DNA of 64,000 bases from Candidatus Helarchaeota archaeon (GTDB taxonomy: Archaea; Asgardarchaeota; Lokiarchaeia; Helarchaeales; RDOG01): the NCBI GenBank assembly GCA_019058315.1, contig JAHPZH010000006.1, forward strand, positions 1 through 64,000, given 5' to 3'. Below, one piece after another: positions 19,501 to 29,361 of this stretch (position 1 is its first letter; each line of letters starts with the position of its first letter). The position numbers and the translations under genes were made by a program. The notes below the pieces were generated by a model. It searched no databases. It was given only the letters and a program-made list of their open reading frames with translations, and had not been told where the DNA came from.

Positions 19501-21720
19501 TTAATTAAAGATAAAATATCAAAATTAATAAGTTCACAGATTAACAATTTGGAAAAAGATTTGCTTTTATTAAATGAATCAATAAAAACTACAATTTCTA
19601 GTTTTACTAGTCAATTTGTACTAGTAATAGAGCAACTACAAAATAGAGCTATTGAAACATCTAACAATTATTATACAGGATCAAAAGATCATTTTGCTAC
19701 TTTAACAAAAGAATTTTTTGAAATCGTTAACGAACGAACAAATACTTCAAAAAATAAGATGATTTCTTACCAAGAACAATTTTCAAATATTATAGAAAAA
19801 AGAATAAAATATTTCGACAATATTAAAACATTCGAGAGACGTTTTTCCCAAGATTTTAAGAGACATATCGATATGATAAAAAAATCAACGGCCATTATTA
19901 TTGATAATGTTTCTAATTTAATGAATAAACAGATAAGTGAATTTAATTTAGCTTCTGAGTCCTTTAAGAGTCATTATTCAAAAATTATTAACAAAGAAAT
20001 AAGTTCGTCTGAAGAATCTCTAACTAATCTATTTAATCTTATTGATAATACTCTTCAAGATAATTTAAAAAAGACAAAAGATATTTTTAATGAATTGGAT
20101 TCGGAAATACCTAAAATATTCGACAGTTCAATGTTAGAACATAATAAAATTAATGAAGCTTTAGGAAAAGATGTAACAGAGCTCGTAAATACATATTTTT
20201 TAGATTGGCGTGTTAATATTGATAAAATACGTAATGATTTAGAATTTGTTACAAAGCATATAGAAAATGCAGAAAAAAACTCTCGCAAATTTCGTTCTAA
20301 TATTCGAGAAAATTTTCTAGGTCAAATTGATAAGTTTAACTTGTCAATTAATGATCTTCAAGATCAAATAAATTATACAACTGAGAATAATATAAAAAGT
20401 CTTAAAACATTCTTAAATTCGTTAAAAATGGGTAAAGACAAAGCAATTTATAATCTTCTTACACAAATAAAAAATTCTGTAAATTCTAATAAGTCATCTT
20501 TCTCAAATTCATTTGACCTAATCCTAGAAGACATAAAAAGAAATCTAATATCAAATCAAGATTCTATTTCTACATCAATTACAGATAATTCAAGGATGTT
20601 AAAAAAACAAATAGATATTCAACAAGAAAAACTAACCCAATCTTTAAATGAATTAAAGGTTTTATTAACAACAAATTTTTTGGAAAAGAGTAAAGAAAAA
20701 TTGGAAACTTTGTCTCATACGCTTATTCCTGATTTAAGGTCGAAAATTGGACCAATTAAGGATAATATTTCAAATATTTTTAATCAAAACAAGGAAAACT
20801 TTGAATCTTTTCAATTAAATCTTAAGAAAAATTTTCAAAAAATTTCTGATCAAATCCTTAAAGATTATGAATTCAAAATTCAAACAATAACAGAATCAAT
20901 AAATAATAGCATTATGTCTCAGTTTGAAGATAGAAGAGAAATAGTTTTAAAAATTGTTGAAAATACGAATAATTTACTAAAAAAGGAAGCCGAGAAAACA
21001 CAACTCCTTATGGAGAATCTTAATGAGAGTTTTGAAAATAATACTGACAATCAACTATCAAATATCCTAAGACTTTTGAATATATTAGATTCAAAATTAA
21101 TTGAAATTCTTGAACAATTTCCAGCTAAAAAAATCGAACCTTTAAGTAAAATTGTTGATAAAATACAAGTAAATCTTGAAAATGTTAATAATGAAAATCA
21201 AACTACTCTTGAAATACTAAGAACCACGTTGAATGAGATAGATAAAGGTACATATGTAGACATGGAGAAAACTTGGAATATAACTTCTAGTGAATCGATA
21301 TTAGATCACATATTTGATATGATTTCCCGAATTAAAAGATCAATTACAATCATTTTACCTAATTTATCTTTAGTAGATCTTGAACTTTTAAATGATTTTG
21401 ACCAAAAATTAATGATGCATATTTTTACAACTGTTAATACCAAGGAAGATAATCAAATTATTACTGAGTTACTTTCTCGGAGTAATATTAGAATATGGAA
21501 TATTAATGGAAATTTTCCCTTATTTTGTGCTGTAAAGGATGCAGAAGAGATGATACTTGCGCCATATACAGAAAATGAAAAAGAAATTGTTGGAATAGTA
21601 ACTGAACAAACAGAATATATAAATTTATTCAAAAATATTTTAGGACCATTTTTCCAAACAGTGTCTAATGAAGTAAAAATAGTAGATAAGGGACCTAAGG
21701 CAACAATATCACCTAATTAA
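16522..21720 (+). CDS. Giant TrmB-like protein: N-terminal wHTH, ~1450-aa helical/coiled-coil rod with internal duplication, C-terminal TrmB effector (PLD-like) domain
   Basis: AEIYGLLLIKGILTLGEIS...RYKALPP (TrmB HTH); C-terminal HIFDMISRIKRSITIILP...VKDAEEMILAP. Confidence 0.75.
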   Translation: MEKSDLTQILMNAFYLNDSQAEIYGLLLIKGILTLGEISLSINKSQEECNKIIQALINLKLIKKIPGAVIRYKALPPFEGFFAQIKRYQKIFENLNEEISINSKKLINDFKKDMKTHMEEIQELFKKQREDTTILELQKEHYNREIAAYITEIKDNSDNLTNELNNFFTTYLNSFEERINIIKIEVDKNFAEVLIELKDIKGKNNDFLEENLSTLISPQKDYMKKLIEILFSNLDTSFDSISGQVENLKRELTNITSKNGDILIDFSSDLQNKIMGFLTEQHDNLNISILELKDKVLNSENQIQEMFSNKSSDLENNLIKALIALQDEIDRALQILKEKDTELMNSFFQKLEERLLEQVRELSEMFDLNKSLIVENTEFLNKNLKDLLNSYLTDYASFSNELKTKFETNIDQVKDILNEVIKKLNDKMMSTISSHRKATEKNSNDLELELTDKLKQSYDLLQNEISNLLQKNSTEFQNSLTSFKENTMILKEDLLQNLNSTQSTIQKNSTETQNEIFKIIDSQLKTIEKEDTAIEAQLKEKIIEEFEKLNSEINSTKTDILSFFSANIKDLEKDPTVFKDKITKLITNQLNSLEKDGLLLNESIKTTNSNFIIQFKNIMSQLQNRFTETSNKYYNGLKDYLLTLDKDIISITDDRLNHLKDKISFFQENLNNILGKCSNYLKNVQDFENRIISDLKRHIEMMKKSATIITDNISNLMDKQISDHNLATESFKSSYSKSINKEISSAEENLTNLLNLINTSFQANSKTVRNNFDEVEQKIPDIIDRSFLEHKTSNEDLSANLKKLLTNHLIDYSALSKTQKEKIKPSIDQIGDILKSLNKKLNTKITNTIKKNVNNNEKLAVDLESNLINGLKQNYDIFQSEISNLINNITSGFQSTIIQFKQNINTLNDDLFQNLITFQSSIQKNVKGTKDEIFKIINSQLATIEKECNTLETQLKEKIIKDYEELNSEINLVKNESSNFLSNYLAELEKDSGLIKDKISKLISSQINNLEKDLLLLNESIKTTISSFTSQFVLVIEQLQNRAIETSNNYYTGSKDHFATLTKEFFEIVNERTNTSKNKMISYQEQFSNIIEKRIKYFDNIKTFERRFSQDFKRHIDMIKKSTAIIIDNVSNLMNKQISEFNLASESFKSHYSKIINKEISSSEESLTNLFNLIDNTLQDNLKKTKDIFNELDSEIPKIFDSSMLEHNKINEALGKDVTELVNTYFLDWRVNIDKIRNDLEFVTKHIENAEKNSRKFRSNIRENFLGQIDKFNLSINDLQDQINYTTENNIKSLKTFLNSLKMGKDKAIYNLLTQIKNSVNSNKSSFSNSFDLILEDIKRNLISNQDSISTSITDNSRMLKKQIDIQQEKLTQSLNELKVLLTTNFLEKSKEKLETLSHTLIPDLRSKIGPIKDNISNIFNQNKENFESFQLNLKKNFQKISDQILKDYEFKIQTITESINNSIMSQFEDRREIVLKIVENTNNLLKKEAEKTQLLMENLNESFENNTDNQLSNILRLLNILDSKLIEILEQFPAKKIEPLSKIVDKIQVNLENVNNENQTTLEILRTTLNEIDKGTYVDMEKTWNITSSESILDHIFDMISRIKRSITIILPNLSLVDLELLNDFDQKLMMHIFTTVNTKEDNQIITELLSRSNIRIWNINGNFPLFCAVKDAEEMILAPYTENEKEIVGIVTEQTEYINLFKNILGPFFQTVSNEVKIVDKGPKATISPN
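17659..20160 (+). repeat. Intragenic tandem duplication of 1251 bp (417 aa): copy 1 17659-18909, copy 2 18910-20160
   Basis: Matching anchors EIFKII (18064/19315) and NESIKTT (18322/19573) are both 1251 nt apart; also KRHI.M.KKS and INKEISS.EE.LTNL in both copies. Confidence 0.9.
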
Positions 21721-21771
21721 AATTCAAATTTGAATTAAATTGTTAAAAATGAAAATATATAATGAGATTAT

Positions 21772-24612
21772 TTACTTATAAATTCTTTTAACAACTTTTT
21801 CTGTTGCTTTTCTATCTCTCCAATTCCAAAATATCTTTTGAATTTCTATAGTGGGGATTATAGATGCACTTAGAAGCAGGATTATTACCCAATCTATAAA
21901 TCCAAGAGGAACCGTTTTGAAGGCAATTTGTACTCCTGGTGTATAAATTACAAAACACTGCATCATAATTGATATAATTATCGAAATATAGAGAAATTTA
22001 TTATGTGTCTTGAGCTTGAAGAGCGATTTTGTCAGAGATCTGGTTTCAAATGCACGGAACATTTCAAACATTACAAGTGTTGTAAATGCTATTGTATATG
22101 CTCGATGCAAATTATCTTGGGGGATTATAGAGAAGGAATTAAGGAATGGTAAGAGATAAAAGAGAAAGCCAAATAAAGTACCAGCGGCTATGACCACACC
22201 AATTATTAACATATTAATTATAAATTGACCTGGAATTACCCCCTCTTTTGGGTCTCTTGGTTTTTGATCCATTATATTAGGATCTCCTGGTTCCCAACTA
22301 AAACTTGTTGCTGGAAGCCCATCGGTAGTTAAATTTACCCATAGTATTGTGATTGCATTGAGTGGTAAAACAAATTCTACCATATTTATACCTGTCATAA
22401 CTTGAATTCCAATCATAGAAGCAACAAACATAGTTATAATTTCTCCAGTATTACAAGATAACAAGAAAAAGATAAATTTTCGGATGTTATCATATATTAT
22501 CCGCCCTTGTTCCACCGCACTTACAATTGTGGCGAAATTATCGTCGGCTAATACCATATCAGACGCTTCTTTTGATACTTCAGTACCGGTTATTCCCATT
22601 GCAACACCTATATCTGCCTTTTTCAAAGCAGGGGCATCATTTACTCCATCGCCAGTCATTGCAACAACTTGTCCAGTTTCTTGTAAAGCACTACAAATTC
22701 TGACCTTGTGTTCTGGACTAGTGCGTGCATATATGTTATGTTCTTTAATAACTTCTTTTAATTCTTCATCACTTAATTTATCTAACTCTGCACCAGTATA
22801 TGCTTTGGCATCTTTATGATGTATTAATCCCAAGTTATAACCAATAGCAGTTGCTGTATCTGGATTATCTCCTGTTATCATGATGGTGTGAATCCCTGCA
22901 TTATATGTTAAATTAATTGAATCTTTAATTTCAGGTCTTGGAGGATCAATAGCGTAGGTCATACCTACAAATATCAGCTCATTTTCAATATCAAGAGATA
23001 TATCGTCTACTTTATTTTCATCAAACGATTCCAGCTTTTTATATGCATAAGCTAGCCCCCTTAATGCTTCTTCTGCCATCCCTGTATTAACTTCAATGAG
23101 ATGTGTTTTAATATCTTGAGATAAATCTATTATCTGCCCTTTTAAATTAATCTTGATAGATTTTTCTATAATTTGTTCTGGTGCACCTTTTACAAATGCA
23201 AAGTATTCATTATTTTCACTTTTATGAATTGTCGTCATAGCTTTCCGTGTACTATCAAAAGGTATTTCCCCAACACGTGGGTATTGCTTTTTAAGTTCAT
23301 CATGATGAATTCCTGCTTTTTCTGCTAATACTACTAAGCATCCTTCTGTTGGATCACCATAAATTTCAAAAGTATTATTTTCTTGAATTAAAGCAGAATC
23401 ATTACAAAGTGCAGCAATTTTTATTAGCTGAACAAATTCAGGAATAGATTTTGGTAAAATCTCTTCATTCATAATATAAAATTTGCCTATAGGTTCGTAT
23501 CCAATACCCGTAACCATAACAATTTTATCATTTATGAAAACACGTTGAATCGTCATTTCATTTTTTGTTAACGTACCAGTTTTATCGCTGCATATTGTTG
23601 TTGTACAGCCCAGAGTTTCTACCGCAGGTAATTTCCGGATTATTGCATGCCTTGCTGACATCCTTGTAACACCCAGAGCTAATGAAATTGTTACAACTGC
23701 TGGTAAACCCTCTGGAACTGCAGCAACTGCTAAGCCAACTGCTGCAGAAAATAAATAAGTTATATCATGGATATTTAGTCTACCTAAAGTAAAGATTAAT
23801 CTAATGATTCCAGTAATAAAAACAACAAAACATATTATGATGATAAAAATTCCTAAGCTTTTGCTAAGCTTATTCATTTTTCTTTGGAGTGGCGTTACCT
23901 TATCTTCAAATTTTTGTATCATTCCAGCAATTTTTCCTACTTCACTATTCATCCCTGTGCCAATCACAATCCCCTCACCTCGTCCATATGTTACTATAGT
24001 TGTTGAATATGCCATATTTATACGTTCGGTTAAACTAGCTTCTTCTGGTAAAGTTTTACTAATTTTTTTAGTAGGGACTGATTCACCAGTTAAAACAGCT
24101 TGTTTAATTTTTAAATTTATTGCCTCATATAGACGTACATCTGCTGCTATTTTATCACCTGTATTCAATATTAGTATATCTCCAGGAACCACCTCTCTGG
24201 CAGGTATTTTTACTTGCTTTTGATCTCGTCTTACCAAAGCTTGGGGTGCAGCCATTTTCTTTAAAGCTTCTAAACTTCTTTCAGATTTATTTTCTTGATA
24301 TACTCCAATTATAGCATTTGCAATAAGAATTGCAAAAATAACAATTGCATCCATCCATGAAGTTTCCTCGAGTCCAAATATCCACAACATTAAGGATATT
24401 ATTGCCGCTCCGATTAATAACCAAATTAAAAAATCCTTAAATTGATCCATAAACATTTGAATTATTGTTTTCTTTTTCTTTACAATCAATTCATTCGGTC
24501 CATATTTTTCCATTCTTTCTTCAATTTCGCTACTGCTTAGACCGTTTTTGGTTGTTTCGAATTCTTGAAATACATCTTCTATTTCAACAGCATGAATTTT
24601 TTTTGTATTCAT
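21772..24612 (-). CDS. P-type IIA cation (Ca2+)-transporting ATPase
   Basis: TGES, PEGLP, DKTGTLT, KGAPE, TGDN, TGDGVNDAPAL, WVNLTTDGLPA; 10 TM segments. Confidence 0.95.
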   Translation of the reverse strand: MNTKKIHAVEIEDVFQEFETTKNGLSSSEIEERMEKYGPNELIVKKKKTIIQMFMDQFKDFLIWLLIGAAIISLMLWIFGLEETSWMDAIVIFAILIANAIIGVYQENKSERSLEALKKMAAPQALVRRDQKQVKIPAREVVPGDILILNTGDKIAADVRLYEAINLKIKQAVLTGESVPTKKISKTLPEEASLTERINMAYSTTIVTYGRGEGIVIGTGMNSEVGKIAGMIQKFEDKVTPLQRKMNKLSKSLGIFIIIICFVVFITGIIRLIFTLGRLNIHDITYLFSAAVGLAVAAVPEGLPAVVTISLALGVTRMSARHAIIRKLPAVETLGCTTTICSDKTGTLTKNEMTIQRVFINDKIVMVTGIGYEPIGKFYIMNEEILPKSIPEFVQLIKIAALCNDSALIQENNTFEIYGDPTEGCLVVLAEKAGIHHDELKKQYPRVGEIPFDSTRKAMTTIHKSENNEYFAFVKGAPEQIIEKSIKINLKGQIIDLSQDIKTHLIEVNTGMAEEALRGLAYAYKKLESFDENKVDDISLDIENELIFVGMTYAIDPPRPEIKDSINLTYNAGIHTIMITGDNPDTATAIGYNLGLIHHKDAKAYTGAELDKLSDEELKEVIKEHNIYARTSPEHKVRICSALQETGQVVAMTGDGVNDAPALKKADIGVAMGITGTEVSKEASDMVLADDNFATIVSAVEQGRIIYDNIRKFIFFLLSCNTGEIITMFVASMIGIQVMTGINMVEFVLPLNAITILWVNLTTDGLPATSFSWEPGDPNIMDQKPRDPKEGVIPGQFIINMLIIGVVIAAGTLFGFLFYLLPFLNSFSIIPQDNLHRAYTIAFTTLVMFEMFRAFETRSLTKSLFKLKTHNKFLYISIIISIMMQCFVIYTPGVQIAFKTVPLGFIDWVIILLLSASIIPTIEIQKIFWNWRDRKATEKVVKRIYK

Positions 24613-25011
24613 TTCATTTCCCTAATTTATTAATGTTTAAATTATCAATTTCTTAATAAAATCGCTGCTCATAATTTCTTAATTTATAAAATTTTTCTTA
24701 ATTATTTCAATATCCTTTGACCAGATAAGTTCAAAAAATAAAACCAAATCTCTTTAAAAAAGGTTTTATTTTCATTCTCTATTTTGTCTTTACTAAAATA
24801 TATTTTTTACAAATGTTTTTTATGTTTAATTAATTCAAATTTATATTTAATTATTCAATTAGAATTTAATATAAAAATAACTACTTCTTTATTAAATCAC
24901 CATATTCTTAAATTTATTGTGAATATTTAATATAATCTATTTTTCTTTTTCTCAATTCAATCAATTCAAATAAAAAAGCTTTTAAATTATTCCAATAAAA
25001 GAGATCTTAAA

Positions 25012-25056
25012 TTCCAAAGGAAATATAATCTACTATAACCTTTATTTCCAATGGAT
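25012..25056. promoter_or_regulatory. Two ORB-like boxes in the orc1/cdc6 upstream region
   Basis: TTCCAAAGGAAAT (+, from 25012) and ATCCATTGGAAATAAAGGTTA (-, 25036-25056); resemble the ORBs at 40.1-40.8 kb. Confidence 0.6.
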
Positions 25057-25112
25057 TAGAAAATTATAGATAAAACATAACATATGATAGCGATTGGTGG
25101 AGTCAGAAAAAA

Positions 25113-26375
25113 TTGAAAAACGATAAACCTAATCCATTAGATGAAGTATTTGACAAATTTTTATCTGAAAAAAGCAAAATTTTTAAAAATAGAGACGTTT
25201 TGAGGCATTCTTTTGTTCCGGATGAACTACCTCATAGAGAAAAGCAATCTCGGCTAATTGCAGAGATTTTAGCACCTGCATTACAAGGATCTATACCTTC
25301 AAATATATTCTGTTATGGAAAAACTGGGACAGGCAAAACCATTGTTGCAAAATATGTTTTGAATTATTTAATAGATAAATGCAATGAAATGAATTTAACA
25401 ATTCCAATAACAGAACTCATCAATTGCCGGTTAGTGGATACCCCATATCGAGTACTTTCTAATCTATGTAAATCCGTTGGTGTTACAGTGCCTTTTACTG
25501 GTTTACCTACAGATGAAGTATATAAACGGTTTCAGCTTGCCTTAGATTCTAAAGAACAACTAATGATTATAGTATTAGATGAAGTTGATGAATTAGTAAA
25601 AAAAGATCATAAAAAGGGAAATGATATTCTCTATGATTTGACTCGAATGAATTATAATTTAGAGTATGCTCGTGTAAGCCTTATTGGAATCTCAAACGAT
25701 TTAAAATTCAAACAATACCTTGATCCCAGAGTTTTAAGTAGTCTTAGTGAAGAAGAATGCGTATTTGATGCTTATACAGCTAATGAACTGCAAGATATAT
25801 TAAATCAACGCGCTGGTATGGGATTTCATGAAAAAGTTCTAGAAGCAGGAGTAATTCCTTTTGTAAGTGCACTAGCGGCTCAAGAACATGGAGATGCGAG
25901 GAGAGCTTTAGATCTCCTACATAAAGCAGGCGATATTGCAGAAAGAAAGGGGCAAGAAATAGTTACAGAAGCAGATGTAAAAAAAGGTCAGAAAGCAATA
26001 GAAAGTGATATAGTATCTAATACAGTAAATAAAATGCCATTACAAAGTAAATTAATATTGTATAGTATCTATAAACTTGAAAATTTAGCTCTAGCAGATG
26101 AGATTAAAACAGGAGATGTTTATTATGCCTATTCTCAACTGTGTAAATCAATAAATATCGAATTCTTGACCCAAAGACGAGTAAGCGAATTAATTACAGA
26201 TTTGGATATGTTAGGAATTATCTCAGCAAGCGTTATTTCTAAGGGTAGATATGGCAGAACCAAAAAAATTCATTTACAAATTCCTAAAAAAGTAATTACT
26301 AATGTTGTAGAAAAAGATTATATGATAGAACGGTTAAAACCGGTCGATATAACATTAAATAAAGATAAAGAATAA
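25113..26375 (+). CDS. cdc6: Orc1/Cdc6 replication initiator
   Basis: LPHRE, GKTGTGKT, LDEVD, GDARRALDLL, wHTH with RRVSELITDLDMLG and GRYGRTK. Confidence 0.97.
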   Translation: MKNDKPNPLDEVFDKFLSEKSKIFKNRDVLRHSFVPDELPHREKQSRLIAEILAPALQGSIPSNIFCYGKTGTGKTIVAKYVLNYLIDKCNEMNLTIPITELINCRLVDTPYRVLSNLCKSVGVTVPFTGLPTDEVYKRFQLALDSKEQLMIIVLDEVDELVKKDHKKGNDILYDLTRMNYNLEYARVSLIGISNDLKFKQYLDPRVLSSLSEEECVFDAYTANELQDILNQRAGMGFHEKVLEAGVIPFVSALAAQEHGDARRALDLLHKAGDIAERKGQEIVTEADVKKGQKAIESDIVSNTVNKMPLQSKLILYSIYKLENLALADEIKTGDVYYAYSQLCKSINIEFLTQRRVSELITDLDMLGIISASVISKGRYGRTKKIHLQIPKKVITNVVEKDYMIERLKPVDITLNKDKE

Positions 26376-26386
26376 TTTTTTTTTTC

Positions 26387-26839
26387 TTATTCTTCTAATA
26401 AGGGAATTTGTTCCACTTTTTCTGTTATCAATCTATATTCTCTTCTTCTTCTTGATCCACGCCTATCAAGAATTTTTTCCTCAAACATACGAGATAAATA
26501 AGTTGAGATTGTAGATAATTTAACTTCCTCTCTATACTCTGCTTGATAAAATTCTTGAATGTCTCTTGATGTAAACCAACCATATTTCATTTGTCTTTTT
26601 ATTATAATTAATAGCTTATCCATTATGCTTAAATTGTCTAACTCTAAATTTTCATCTTTTTGAATATTTTGTATGTAACTTTCATCAATGGTTTTTTTTA
26701 AATTAACATCTTGCGGGTTACGAATACTATTTACAATTTCCATAATTTTAGATGTTGAAATATCCTCCCCAAAGCTAAGTTTTTTGACTTTTCCTTTCTC
26801 ATCAAAGTCGATTTCAATTTTTCCCTTTTTATTAGTCAT
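26387..26839 (-). CDS. Small C-terminal winged-helix DNA-binding protein, convergent with cdc6
   Basis: GWFTSRDIQEFY...KLSTISTYLSRM...RRGSRRRREYRL; start probably ATG 26839 (track uses 26872). Confidence 0.7.
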   Translation of the reverse strand: MTNKKGKIEIDFDEKGKVKKLSFGEDISTSKIMEIVNSIRNPQDVNLKKTIDESYIQNIQKDENLELDNLSIMDKLLIIIKRQMKYGWFTSRDIQEFYQAEYREEVKLSTISTYLSRMFEEKILDRRGSRRRREYRLITEKVEQIPLLEE

Positions 26840-27144
26840 TAAATTGCTTCCAATTTTAATTTCACTTAACATAGCTATGCTTCTTGTGGAATATAAATAT
26901 GATTAATATCCAGATAATACGTTTTGATATATCACAATAGCAATCACGAGGTTATTTTTTTTGATAAATACATTTATCTGATAGTTACCCTTCTATCATT
27001 ACTCCATTAATATCTAGAGTTACTTTTTTTGTATATCTTTGTGATTTAGGTCCCACAGCTCTTGAGACAATGTTAACATATTCATTAGGAAATGTCGCTT
27101 CAGCACATGAAACTCCTTGGCTAGCTGTGAATAATTTCTATTGG

Positions 27145-27402
27145 ATGGGAATTTTTCAAGAAGATATTGAAAAAATTTCAAAGGGCTTTACATTTCGCTC
27201 TTCTGGAGAAGAGCTTGAAAAAGCTAGAGAACTCTTATCTCGCCATAATGTTAAAAATAGACCGAAATTAAAGGTCCAACTGGAGAATTTTCTTGAGAAT
27301 AAAAAAAAGATAGATATTGGAGCTTTAGCATATCGACATTTTGAATATCTCAGTGATTACATAATTAATAAAATTCAAGGTGGAGATTCAATAAAAATAT
27401 AA
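27145..27402 (+). CDS. Short hypothetical protein or 3' gene remnant
   Basis: Only the part from MGIFQEDIEK looks like real coding sequence; the upstream part of the track ORF reads as an antisense shadow. Confidence 0.35.
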   Translation: MGIFQEDIEKISKGFTFRSSGEELEKARELLSRHNVKNRPKLKVQLENFLENKKKIDIGALAYRHFEYLSDYIINKIQGGDSIKI

Positions 27403-27446
27403 TTTAAATATAAAGAATTAATTAAATTATTTTCTTCTTTTTAACT

Positions 27447-28901
27447 TTACCATCTAATTTCTCGTTTCAGATCTAATAAAGCATTCCTTGCATGATAATT
27501 TCGGGGATCTAATTCAACTGATTTTTCCAAACATTCTATTGCTTTTTTAAAATCTCCAATATTTCCATATGTTGCTCCTAAATTATACCATATAACACTA
27601 TCTTTTGGATCAATTTGAAGAGCTTTTTTGTAACATTCAATAGCTTTTTGATGGTTTCCAGAGAATTCATAAGTAACACCCATATCAGACCAAGCATCAG
27701 TATAGTTTGAATTAATTTCTACGGTTTTTCTAAAATATTCTATCGCCTTATACAAATTTCCTAAACTTTTATGAGCATTAGCTAACATATACCAAGCTTT
27801 AAAATTCTGGGGGGAAATTTTAATTACATTTTCACAACATTCAGCAACTTTCTGAAAATTATATAATTTTCCATAAAGAATTCCTAAATTATTCCAAGCT
27901 TCTACATATTTCGGGTCTATTTCTATTGCCTTTCTATAAGATTCGATTGCTTTCTCGAATTTTCCTAAATTTCTATATGCAACTGCCATATTATTCCAAG
28001 CATGACTAAAATTAGGTTCGTGTTTAACTGCATTTTCATAACATTCAATTGCCTTATTATAATTCTCTAAGCTTCCATAAATAGCTCCCATAGTATTCCA
28101 AGCAACACTAGATTGAGGGCTAATTTCAAGTGCTGTTTCTAGACTTTTTAAAGCTTTTTGGTGTTCACCTGTTGTATAGTAGACATTCCCAATATTGATC
28201 CAAGCATCTATATTCTTAGGGTCAATTTTAATAACTTTTTCTAAGTTTAAAATTGCTTTATCGTGATTTCCTAATTTACCATATTCAATTCCTTTATCCA
28301 TCCAATATAATACAGATTCCTTTTTAATTTCTTGTTCACTCATGGATTTTTGATCTTTATCAACTTCTATAACTTTATAGCTCTTATCTGGATAAAGCAT
28401 AATGAAATCTTTTTTATTATTAGGAGGTCTTTTTTTAAATTCTGAATGATCTTTAGGGATATCAATTTCTTTATATAAACTTTTTTTCCATTCAAATATA
28501 TCATCTAAATTTTCGTAGAAGAGTCCTTTAAGAGCAGGTCCTGCATCTGCATAAAATAAATTAGGATCGATATCAACTGTTTTCTGAAGGCACTCAGCAG
28601 CTTTTTCATTATTACCTAAATATCCATATGCAAAGCCCATATTACTCCAAGCATAAACATCTTTTGGATCTATTTCAACTGCCTTTTTAAAATATTCAAT
28701 TGCCCTGGAGTTATTTCCTAATCGATAAAAGGCAACTCCTAAATTATTCAAAAATTTATTATTATTAGGAATAACTGATCCAATCTTAAGTGCTTTCTCA
28801 TAGCATTCAATTGATTTTTGATATTTTCCTGTCTTAAAAAAAGCAATACCTTTTTTAAACAAATCAATAAATTCTTCGAAATTTGAATCTTTATCTTTCA
28901 A
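27447..28901 (-). CDS. Multi-TPR repeat protein
   Basis: About 11 canonical 34-aa TPRs (AW.N.G..Y..LG....AIE.Y.KA..IDP). Confidence 0.92.
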   Translation of the reverse strand: MKDKDSNFEEFIDLFKKGIAFFKTGKYQKSIECYEKALKIGSVIPNNNKFLNNLGVAFYRLGNNSRAIEYFKKAVEIDPKDVYAWSNMGFAYGYLGNNEKAAECLQKTVDIDPNLFYADAGPALKGLFYENLDDIFEWKKSLYKEIDIPKDHSEFKKRPPNNKKDFIMLYPDKSYKVIEVDKDQKSMSEQEIKKESVLYWMDKGIEYGKLGNHDKAILNLEKVIKIDPKNIDAWINIGNVYYTTGEHQKALKSLETALEISPQSSVAWNTMGAIYGSLENYNKAIECYENAVKHEPNFSHAWNNMAVAYRNLGKFEKAIESYRKAIEIDPKYVEAWNNLGILYGKLYNFQKVAECCENVIKISPQNFKAWYMLANAHKSLGNLYKAIEYFRKTVEINSNYTDAWSDMGVTYEFSGNHQKAIECYKKALQIDPKDSVIWYNLGATYGNIGDFKKAIECLEKSVELDPRNYHARNALLDLKREIRW

Positions 28902-29361
28902 TTTTTTAACTCCCTATGTTTATTTATAACTACATTTGATTTGGTTTTTTATAGTGACCTTCAAATGGACACTAAGAATTACTCTATTATTTACCTTTAA
29001 TAACTCTTATGGTATTTAAAGTCGAATTATTTTAGAAAAGAAAACACATTCTTAACTTATTTCAACATTGAAATAAATTTCTCACAATTAGCACAATAAA
29101 TTAGAAAATTTGATGAGTTAAATGCAGATAGGACAGAGATATGACAGATTAGTGGAAAGAGAACAAATGACTTGAAATACGCAAAATTCCGTGCTTTATA
29201 TATTAAAAATATTTATCAGCGCATTCCCAATGCTTAATTTTTCATTTTTTTAGAATTGAATACAAATTTTTATTTTATAATTATAAAATTAAGTAATTTT
29301 CAAATTGATTAGAAGTATTTTTTTAAATTAATTAATCTTTTAATAATTTGATTTCAACCAT

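Noticed and set aside
14722-21720. Integrated element downstream of tRNA-Ser
   Set aside because: No integrase and no duplicated tRNA 3' end (att site) seen
26960-27000. Hairpins GATAAAT-AC-ATTTATC and TGATAG-N8-CTATCA
   Set aside because: Not BHB geometry on either strand; short AT-rich stems are expected by chance
29100-29240. Slightly GC-richer stretch with TGATGA (possible box C/D sRNA)
   Set aside because: No matching CTGA D box or terminal stem found
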